Shown here piece by piece: positions 53,801 to 64,000 of a stretch of DNA of 64,000 nucleotides. Position 1 is the first letter of the stretch. Each line of letters begins with the position of its first letter. Origin of the DNA: Neocallimastix sp. 'constans' (lineage: Eukaryota); assembly GCA_050613775.1 (NCBI GenBank), contig JBODTK010000105.1:310001-374000 (forward strand), read 5' to 3'. The position numbers were made by a program, and so were the translations under genes. The notes under the pieces were generated by a model. It saw nothing but the letters and a program-made list of their open reading frames with translations. It ran no database searches and was not told the origin of the DNA.

Positions 53801-55080
53801 TTTATTAGTAGGAGATTGTTCACAAGGAGTTACTGGATAAAAAGAAGGAATTACAAAATAATTAGAGTTGCAATGATTTGAGAGTGACTGGAATTGTTTG
53901 CAGAGAAAGAGTTTGAATACCACCAATAGCACGGATTTTGTGAGTATTATCAATGGAAGTAGTAGGAATATCGTTACTTTTAACAAAAGTTTCATCAATA
54001 AGATTATAACATGAACCAGAATCTACTAATATATCAACTGGGATAAAAGAGTTATTGAATCCAAGAGTAAAATTGAAAAGACTTTGAGAAGATTCAGAGT
54101 TATCGACTTAATTAAGAGTTAAATTCAAAAGAGGTTTAGAAACTAAGGTAGTACTTGAAGAAGACTTATCTTTATTAATTTTTTTAGGACAATCCTTAAT
54201 AGAGTGAATAGGAGAACGCAAATTTTCTTTCCTACGATATTCTTTTTCTTCATTTGAGAAATGTCCATGAAATTGTATATTACTAGATTTTTTTATTTGT
54301 ACTATTTCTTCTAAAAGTAGAGGATATATTACTGGTATAAGATGGTTTAAACAAAACAAAACATAGACTTGCACATATGGGTACCCATCTCCCATATGGC
54401 CATACAGTTATTAATTAACTGTAAGGTGATGAGTTATTGGCATACTGTATCAGCTTCGCCGCTCTCAATCGTCGTTACACACTGCCCGGAGATGCATTCC
54501 TAACGTTCCTACATATATCTCTAATGACCACGAGCATCAGAACGGAACCATTAACTCCTCCCTAGTGGGTGTAATCATTGGCGATTGGAAATTTTACAAT
54601 CATCAAGGTCTATGCTTCAATTCATAGCGTAGTATCAGGGTTGGGTGAAATAATCATCTGAGGGAAAGCCTTATGGACATCACGTGTGGTCTCATGATAT
54701 CCCAGGATAGAAACCTCTTCCGATTATTTGGTGCCATGCCGAGGATTCGAACCCCGCCCTCTACAGTGACCTGTATCGTCCTAACCGACTGGACCAACAT
54801 GGCTATAAGATGGTTTATTTCTTTGAGATTTTTGGGTTGTAGATAGTCTAGCATCAATACGAGAAGCAATAGTTTAAAGAGCAGGTAAGCTTTTGGGTCC
54901 AGGGAATATTTCAATAATCTTGGTAGCCACTTAGTTATTTAATCCAGCAATAAAAGCATCCATATTTGCTTCTTCATACCAATTTGAATCGTAAGTAGAC
55001 TTGCTGAATTCTAAGATATATTCTTGAATTCACCTTAGATTCCTCTGGTGTATTTTTCTTAACATTTGGTTTGCAACATA
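50830..55080 (-). mobile_element. Degenerate Ty3/gypsy gag-pol, with a SINE inserted in gag
   Basis: LVDSGS, KLDLKSAYN, VPFGL, YIDD, YDKEL, AEFSYNN, LGPFK. Many frameshifts. Confidence 0.92.
54350..54803 (-). mobile_element. tRNA-derived SINE
   Basis: tRNA-like head at 54803-54729 with A box, B box GGTTCGAATCC and encoded CCA. Body of about 365 bp, 3' hairpins and (TTTTG)n tail. Perfect 14-bp TSD TATAAGATGGTTTA (54336-54349 / 54804-54817). Confidence 0.9.
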
Positions 55081-55418
55081 GTATATTATAAAATAAAGCA
55101 CATAAAAGTCCCGCATATCACATTTGACCTCAAGTGTATTTTATTTATATTGTGTTTTCATATATATTTACAACATATCTATATTAATTTCAATTCAAAT
55201 TAATTCTATAATTAAATTTATCTTAATATTTTATTAATATTTATATTACTATAATATTAATATATTATAATTAAATACTATTATGTAACATATAAAGTAT
55301 AAAAGAAAGATGTAAAAATTTATCTTTTATGTTCTTTGTAAGGTTATTATAAAATTATTTTAATAGTAATATTTTATAGATATTTAATTATTAAATGAAG
55401 AGAAATTATAAAAAATTT

Positions 55419-55632
55419 AATTAAATAACTTTAGTTTAATAAAAAGTTATTTAGAGTTGACTTTAATAATTAAATTATTTAAATATATTTATTATTATTA
55501 TATATCAATATAATATATATATCACTGTAATTAAATAACTTTAGTTTAATAAAAAGTTATTTAGAGTTGACTTTAATAATTAAATTATTTAAATATATTT
55601 ATTATTATTATATATCAATATAATATCTCTGT
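55419..55632. repeat. 110-bp tandem duplication followed by an LTR-start fragment (TGTAAAGAT at 55630)
   Basis: Two near-identical copies, with TTAAATAACT at 55421 and 55531. Confidence 0.85.
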
Positions 55633-55968
55633 AAAGATATGGTCAATATCTTTAATAAATTAATTAATTTATTTTGTTCTTTAAATTATTTAATGTAATT
55701 CATGTTTAAAAAATAATGTTAATACATTAAATTATGTAAAATATATTAATAAATGAAAAGAATCGATTTATATAAATTAATAATAAATTTATATTTTTAC
55801 GATTTGTAAATTAATTTCTAAAAAACTTAAACTAAACTAAAATTATTAGATATTATATTATTAAATTTTAATTTTAGTTTTAGTTTGGTTTAATAATCAT
55901 ATAATTAAATAGTAAATATATAATTAATAGTATTAATATTAAAAGAATAATAAATAAATAATAAATTA

Positions 55969-56254
55969 ACTAGCCTGTATCTTGTTTTGAAATCATACAA
56001 TTTGACATTGTTAATATGCTCTTCGACCAGCTTTACCTTTATGTGGAATTCTTGTGTGACCTGAGGTACCAACATTTTATTAGTGACAGTTGTAAACGTT
56101 AAAGGACGCACTTCTATCCCGAATCCTATTTCCTCGGCTAATTACAGATGTATCATGTTGATCTGAGAACCTATATCATAATATTTATATTTTGGAGCCC
56201 TTCTTTGGTACGAAGTCTACTTATTTTAGCTTCTGGAACAAACCTCTCGTACTC
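55969..56254 (-). pseudogene. Protease fragment of the same family as the 19389 gypsy element
   Basis: Colinear with 20145-20425 (FVPEAKIS.LRTKEGLQ, RPLTFTT, PQVT.EF.IKVKLVEEH). Confidence 0.85.
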
Positions 56255-56777
56255 TTTTTTTTTAATAATAATTAATATTTATTTATTTTATAATTCAAGT
56301 TCAACTTTAATTATTACTAAAATAATATTGTAAAAAATTAAAATTAATACTCAATTTATATTTATATTTTATTTGTAAATATTTATAACAATTAATTCTT
56401 TTGTTTATTTTAATGTTTATAAATGTAAATAGTTTAAAATCAGGTAAATATATAAAAATATGTTAAAATTTCTTAAAAGAAAATATTCTTTATTATTAAA
56501 ATTTAAAATAAAGTATTATAAATAATAAATGTTTTATTATATTAGTTTATTAATTAATCAATTATTCATTATTAATTTGTATAAAAATTTATAATAAATA
56601 AAATTTAATTTAATTTTTAAAATTAAATTAAATTTTATTATAAAAAAAAATTTAAAGCTTTTAATAAAACATTTTCTATTTAAATTTTCTTTTAAATTTC
56701 CTTTTATTTTGAATTCATGCAAACTATTACTATTACAAAATCTAATTTTCTAAATTAAGAATATTAGTATAAATCAA

Positions 56778-56790
56778 TGGTGGAGAATTT
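56778..56790 (+). promoter_or_regulatory. tRNA-Ala-type PBS after a possible LTR end
   Basis: ...AAATCA A TGGTGGAGAATTT, the same TGGTGGAGA core as at 11017 and 25289. Confidence 0.45.
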
Positions 56791-59499
56791 GTTGCCCTGA
56801 TAGTAAGTTAAAATTTTTTGTTTAAGATTAGAATAAGACAAGTTATTCAAAAAGTAATATTAAACTACAATTAAAACAACATATTAGTCTAGCAATATTC
56901 GAATAAATCTAAATTATTTATAGTAATAATAAAATTTATCCTTGAAATAATATACAAAAAAAAATATAGTAATAAATAAATCAATTCATTATAAATAAAA
57001 ATTTATTGATAAAAACTAATCAACAAATTATATTTATTAAATTAAATAAACTTCAAATTAAATTAAATTTATTTTTAATAATAATAAAATATTTACAAAA
57101 ATAATTAAATTGTACGTATATTATCAATTTAAATAATAAAAAAATAAAATAAAAAATATATATATAAATAATAAAATTAATTTAAATAGATACAATTAAA
57201 AAGAATTCTTATTATTCAGATGGAGGAATACTTCTGTTCTCTTAATTGATTAATACTTATAGTAGAAATCTCTTACCCTTAATACTAGTGTATTATTGTA
57301 GTAAGAGTTAACGGACTATAAAATAAGAATCAATACAGGGTATTAGGCACTGAATATAAGTAGATATTACGTTAGGTGTAGACATAGTGTAAAACTCCTA
57401 TAACCAGTTGGACCAAATGTCGTATTATTTTCCAATTAGTATTATAAGAACGAGATTTCAACAAAGATAAATTATATAATAATAAGAATAACTAATATTA
57501 AAATACTATTACTAATAATAAATACTACCCATAAAAAAATGATAATAATAAAATAGATTTCTACTTCTCTCATTAATTATAAATTAAAAAAAAATAACAA
57601 CTTCCACTATATTACATTCAGTAGACTACCTATAACTAGGGGAAGATAAAGTTCAATATGAAGAATGTTTGAATTACTGGTGCCCCAAAAAAACAACCAG
57701 TCGAATTTTTAACTCTTATTGGCCTGGAGTATGGTATGATGTTAGAATGTTGTCCACGTTTCCAATTATGCAGACCTCAGCTATTTCCAAGAAATACAAA
57801 AAAATAATAAAGCACCTTTATAGTAGCTCCATTTACAAAAGTTGAATTAGTCCCTTACCAACAACTTTATATGGAAATAATAATATATTTTTTTAATTTT
57901 CTTTTTATAAAAATAATTTTATACATATAATTATCTTTGGATTGTATCTTTTTATTTTATTTATTTTCATTTTTATTTAAATTCATATTAAAATCGATCT
58001 TCTACTCATAATATTTTGGAATAGTAGATTCAAAAAGACAGAATATAATTTGTCTTTATGTTTTCTCTTTGATTTCTACTTTATATATTACAATAAATGA
58101 CAATGAAAATTATTCAAATAATTATATATACTTTATTTGATAATTATTTTCATTATCATTTCTTTTATTCTTTTGGAAATAAATTTATTATTAATGAAAT
58201 TAAAATAAAGTTATGCTTTGAGATAAAAAAAAAGAAATGAATAACGGGGTAAATTAATTAATCATTTAAAAGATATTAATATATATACTTGTAATTAACT
58301 ATTTAAGTTATATATTTTTTAATTTGTTAATATCCTACAATTATTATTTAAATATTATAAAAAAGAAAAATTATTTATAGAAAAAATGAAAAAAATTTGA
58401 TATTTATGATTAATATTATCTATTTTTGTTGAAGTATTTTAATTAAAATTAAAATAATAGATTTATTTATTAATCATATTTTACATCAAAAAATTTTATT
58501 AAAATTATTCGAAACAATAAGTTCGTTGAAATATTACATGAATATTTTATAATTATAAAATTTACTATCATAAATTGATCAAAATAATAACTAATTTCTA
58601 TTGATTGTAATTATATATTATTATTTAAAAATTGAAAATAGTCATTAATTAGTTAAAATATAAATTTAAAAAAAGATGCCGATAAAGAAAATATTATATT
58701 ATAAACGATAAATATGATATTTACATCTGAAAAGACAATAAAATTAAAAGGAGTATTAATCACTCGATTCTTTTTCAATCAATTCTTTATTTATATATAT
58801 TAGAAAATTTAAAAAAAATATTTTATCATAAAAAGATATAATAAATATAATATAAAATATATCAATAATATATCTACATGGTTAAAATTATCAAAAAGCT
58901 ACAAAAAAAATTACGGAGTAGTTTTAGGTTTATATAATTAAAGTTTCTAATTCTCTAATTTACAAAGAGATACTCAGCATTCTCTTTAATTTTTTTTAAT
59001 GTTAAATTTGTTACTTAATAAATTATTTAATTAATTTTTCATTTTGTTTCTTTTATATCAAATATTATTTGATTCATTTTATATTATATTTTAAAATAGT
59101 AATTAATTTTATTTATCAAATTTAAAGTTCGTAAAGTTTAAAATATTTTTATTTATTTAAATCTTATTAAATTAACTAAATGAAATTTACTTAAATTTGA
59201 GAATTCTTTGTATATAAAGTAACTTTTTCATTTTTAGTTAAAATTTATATTAATCATTTCAATTAATTTGTAGTTTTTTTATTTATGGAAAAATTTATTT
59301 TTCATTTGAAATTTATTTAATTATTATATCTACATTAGTAAGTAAAAATAAATTTTTAAAAAATAAAATAATATTTATATCTATAAAAATATTGAATTTT
59401 TAAATTATAAATATAAAATTTAATTATATTTAATATGCATAGTTTTAATTATAAGCATTATATCTTTAATAACAAATTAATTAAAATAAAGATATGTTT

Positions 59500-60420
59500 A
59501 TTCAATAAATTTTGAAAATTCATTTTATTATGTCAATTTCGACATTTTATCATGAAGAAGAATTATATTTTCAATTAAAGATTAATTATTTTTGAACATA
59601 ACATATTCTAATTTTATTTTCTTTTCTATAATACTTAAATTTCATAGTTTCTAGAATCTATTTGTCTATTTTTATATAAATATTTTCATTTTTTATAATT
59701 GAAAATGACTGCTTTATTTATTCATGAATAATTTATTTTTTATAAATTTAAATTATACAAATATAAATGTGTTCTAATCATTACTAAGAATCCTGCAGTG
59801 ACCTTTTTGTATCTATCTTCTTTCCCTTCTAAGTATGAATAATCAAATGATGACACATTTATTTTAATTTTATTATAAAATATTTAGTATATTTAAATAT
59901 TTAAAATTTTAAAACATTAAGACTAATGTCTATGTTATGTTTTGGTTTTTCTGGATTGATGTCGGGATCTTGTATTCATAACAAAGGGTTCATTTTTTAA
60001 TCTTTTAAAGATGATAACTTTATTTGAATTTATATGTCCTCTTTTTTTAATCATGAATTTCAGAATTTCATATAAAGTTTTCCATTTCTACTTTTATATA
60101 GGTTGATTGAAATATGTAATTAATATGTATTAATATTATTATGTACTGCAATAGAATAAATAAATCTGTTTAAGTGTTGGTTAATAAGTTATTATAGTCA
60201 TACAAATCCTTTCGCTATTAACAATACTTTATGCTTCGTTATTTTACTTTTATCAGTATTAATCAACAAAAGACCATTTGCATCCAATATATTATCTTCA
60301 TTTTGCTATTTCTTTTCAAAAATATTTTATTACTCATATTTAGTTTATTATTATATTATAGCTAACCATAAATCCTTATCTATTAAATATTTTTCATATG
60401 TTATTTTAAAAGATCTCATA
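59500..60420 (-). pseudogene. Highly decayed Ty1/copia RT-RNase H remnant
   Basis: NIGCKWSF...KHKVLLIAKGF resembles the copia IGCKWVF...KARLVAKGF motif. Confidence 0.55.
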
Positions 60421-60779
60421 TTTAACATTGTTAATTTTCATTATTATTATTTATATATATATTTTAATTTATACAATTATTTTGTTTTAATTTTAAATAT
60501 TTGAAATTTTTTTTATAACTATATGGGCTCAGTACAATTGATTTTATTATTCAAATTAATTTAAATTTTATTTTATTAATAATTATTTTTAATTATTTTG
60601 ATATTTTCATTTTATTTTTAATTTTATTTAAATTATTAATATATCTTTTAATTTATTCATTTAATTATTTAATTAAATTTTTAATAACATTATTTTCTTT
60701 TATTAAATTACTATTTTTAATAACAAGAAAATACTATATTTTAATTATTAATTTTAATCTATATTTAATATAAATGAAA

Positions 60780-62220
60780 ATGTAAAGATTTTAGCTAATG
60801 GACAAAACTTTAGAGGTAAATTATATTACCTAATTATTATTTTAGTAATTTCACCAATTTAGATATGAATGGAGAAGAATTTACTACAGAGTTTGTTGTA
60901 GGTAATAGAGGAATTTAACTGTTCAGCCCAATCTGCCTCAGTAGATCTTAACGATTTAGAGGCATATACATCATTAAACAAAGTCAAGGAATTATTGATT
61001 TAACAAATAGAAGATATAATGAAATGACTAATTTAAATATTAATGGAAAAGATTATGCAACTTCAATTTAAATAGATGCTTTAAATTTAACAGTTGATCT
61101 CAAACTGAATGATGTAACATTTAAAACTGACAATATTATTATAATGAAACAAAATAGTGAAGGAATAAATTCCTTACTTTTAGAAGTTTAAATACAATAT
61201 CAAAATTTAACAGGGAGAATACAATCAACTATCATTTTCCATAATATTAATTGTTAATACAACGGAAAATGATAGTTATAACATATCTAATACTGATAAT
61301 AATCCTGAAGATTTAGAAATTGAAAAACAACAAACTAATAATAGAGTATTAAAATTTAATGAATCATTTGATAGTAATAATTATATAAAAGAAGATGATT
61401 CTGAAACTGAAACAGAACCTCAAATATCGATACATTCGTTGTTGATATTCCTAATGAAATTGTAATGAAAACAAATACTATTGGAAATCTCAGCTCAAAT
61501 TCAAATTAAGACATTTAGAACTTATAATTTTAAGTATTATAATGATATATCTGACATAGATACCGTTATATAGAAATAGATGTAGATGGTTAGCTTCATC
61601 ATTTTAAATTTAATGTTTTTTAAAATGAAATATTATGTTAACAAAAGTATTCATTGGTTAACAAAATTTTAAAAATTATGGTATATACCAAGATACTTTC
61701 AATGAAGATGATTTATGGTGTTCACCTAGGATATTATAATTTAGACTGAAGTTATGATACATTATACCAAAGATTATTTTATAAATATTGAAACTAATGG
61801 TTTTTGGATAATAGATGAAACTATTTTGCCATATAATTATGATAATATAGTCATTATGTTAAATATTCAAACAAAATTATAGTTTCTTATTAATATTATT
61901 GATTTACATGGAACAACTAATGAAGAAAATTATAATAATAAATAAATTGCTAAACAATTAAGTGTCATTAAAAATTTTAATAATAATAAAAATAAAATCA
62001 ATGTTTTAAATCATGGTGATATAAAATTTTTTTGTCAAAGTACTAGAGTTCTGAAACTGTAATTGCTTTGAGATTCTGAAATTTTTGGACATGATACATT
62101 TTTAATTAATAACATTTTAACTGATTTTTTGACTATTTTTGTCATTCGCATTATAACGCCGATTAATAGTATTGATTTGGAGTGTTTTATAAATTTCAAG
62201 CTATTTTAAAAATGAATTAA
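60780..62220 (+). pseudogene. Decayed coding region of unknown family
   Basis: Protein-like stretches (NFTNLDMNGEEFTTEFVVGNRG, IDALNLTVDLKLNDVTFKTDNIIIMK, IDTFVVDIPNEIVMKTN) broken by many stops and frameshifts. Confidence 0.4.
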
Positions 62221-62369
62221 ATCATTTTATTTGACACACTCCAGAATTGAGAATACTACTTTAAGATTCATTGAAAATTTATTATTAAATATTCCATGCA
62301 GATATTTTATGATAGAAAGTCAATAAGACTTAATTTTCACTTTTCAAATTTGTTGAATAGACCAGATTT

Positions 62370-62480
62370 CCTTAATTTCTAAATATCTTCAAAAACATTT
62401 AAAAAATGTTGAAATATAGATGGAACATTCTTTAAGCCGAATGGTATAATTGTATATTCAAAATTGAAAAACTTTCAAGT
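62370..62480 (-). pseudogene. Ty3/gypsy RT fragment
   Basis: FEYTIIPFGLKNVPSIFQHF. Confidence 0.75.
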
Positions 62481-63020
62481 AAAAGGCTATTTCGAATTCA
62501 TATTATTGATACGGATAAGATTGCAAAAGAATCTAAAATAACTTTTAAAAAATCTTTCCCTTTCTTAGATGATTGAACATATTTTGAATTAATGGTATAA
62601 ACAATCTCTTATAATTTTGTGAGTCGTAGTCGAAACATATTTGTCCATATTGATTAAATTCTAAAATATAGCTGATAATTCCCCCTATTCTTTTTCTTTT
62701 AGAGTTCTAATTTCTTGTTTAAGAAGATTTTAAACCCTAACATCCCGAAGCCTATATTAATGAACTGTAGTTTCTGTGTCAGTGATCATTTTCTCATTCC
62801 AATGAAATTACTCAATTCATATCAAAGATGTAAATGCAAGATAAAATAAATAATGTTATTTTAAAATTCAATTTTGTGATGAAGTATTTTATATATCAGC
62901 CGTTGCCGTCAAATCTTTTTTTAATGAAACTTACACAAATATATTTTCTATATTATCACACTTTTTAAATTTTTGTAGTTTATTTCTAATTTCCGTAAAA
63001 ATTTGTTTTATTCTGCTTTA

Positions 63021-63153
63021 CTTAATATTAAGGATTCTCAAATATGTAGGATTGATTAATTTATGTTATTTAATAATGTTAATAAATAAAATTTATAATA
63101 TATTTTATTTAAAAATTTTCAAATATGTATATTTGAGAATCCTTAATATTAAG
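63021..63153. mobile_element. 133-bp MITE, Tc1/mariner-type (TA TSD)
   Basis: Perfect 25-bp TIR CTTAATATTAAGGATTCTCAAATAT flanked by TA on both sides. Confidence 0.75.
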
Positions 63154-64000
63154 TATATGTATAGAAAAAAGTATTAATTAACATAGAAAATTAAAGCTTG
63201 TAAAAATATTTCTCTATGTTAGTTAGGGTAAAAATATTTAGATTTAGTGATAGGAATAAAAATTTTAAACCTATAAAGGGATAAATTCTATTATATGAAA
63301 AAAAATATATAAAGAAACTATGGTGAATTTATAATAAATAAAGAAAAATAAGCAAATACGTTACATGTAATCATTTAAACAAGGTTAGATATTCAATTTT
63401 CTGTTAGCGAAACAATTAAAAGTCTTTGATATTCTAACTAAATAATTCTACTGTAGAAAATTAAAATAATATAATGAAAATATTTCTTATATTTAAAAAG
63501 ACTATAAATCTTAGTTTAAATAATCCAGAACAATAGCATATATTGATGCTAATTTTGTATGAAACATATAAACTAGAAAATCAACTAATGAAATTAAATA
63601 TTGATAAAATTTAATTAAAATAAGTGTAGACATAAAAGCAGTAACTTATGAATAAAAATCAATCAATCCTAAAACTATTGTTTTAGGATTGATTGACAAA
63701 ATATTACATATGTAAAGAAAGAAAAAAAAAAAAAATTTATTGAATCACAAATAATTTGCATATATTTCCGAAATATCTAAATAATGGTTTGAAGTAAAAT
63801 TTAGGAATATACTATTATATAAATTAGAAGATTTAAAATTATAATAATAATATCATTCAAATATCACATTCCAAAGGAAATTCTATTATGGAATGTTGAA
63901 ATGCTTATTTTTTAATTAATATTTTTAATATTAAATAGTAATCAAATAATATATTTATTAAACTATTTACATTAAAGCAATTGAATAAATATAGATCTTC

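Noticed and set aside
54729..54803. Functional tRNA gene (His- or Asp-like)
   Set aside because: The anticodon loop is only 4 nt, and the sequence is the head of a TSD-flanked insertion.

Overview
An extremely AT-rich eukaryotic region made up almost entirely of nested, decayed transposable elements. An anaerobic gut fungus (Neocallimastigomycota) is the likely host, inferred only from base composition, element types and a CBM18 gene. The window holds several Ty3/gypsy and Ty1/copia LTR retrotransposons, solo LTRs with clear target-site duplications (TSDs), MULE and Tc1/mariner-type MITEs, and minisatellites. The most notable item (about 3.6-7.9 kb) is an endogenous CRESS-DNA-type replicon. 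It has a frameshifted HUH endonuclease/SF3 helicase Rep with a long acidic C-terminal tail and an intact stem-loop origin carrying TAGTATTAC. No capsid gene is recognisable, and the unit is bracketed by about 150-bp inverted repeats that predate a solo-LTR insertion. Other notable items are a TRIM-like mini-element carrying a structured GC-rich segment and a secreted CBM18 (chitin-binding) gene, a tRNA-derived SINE with encoded CCA and a 14-bp TSD, copia elements apparently primed by a tRNA-Lys(CTT) half-molecule, and a Tf1-type self-priming gypsy element. No intact host housekeeping gene is visible. All calls were made by eye, and boundaries without TSDs are approximate.
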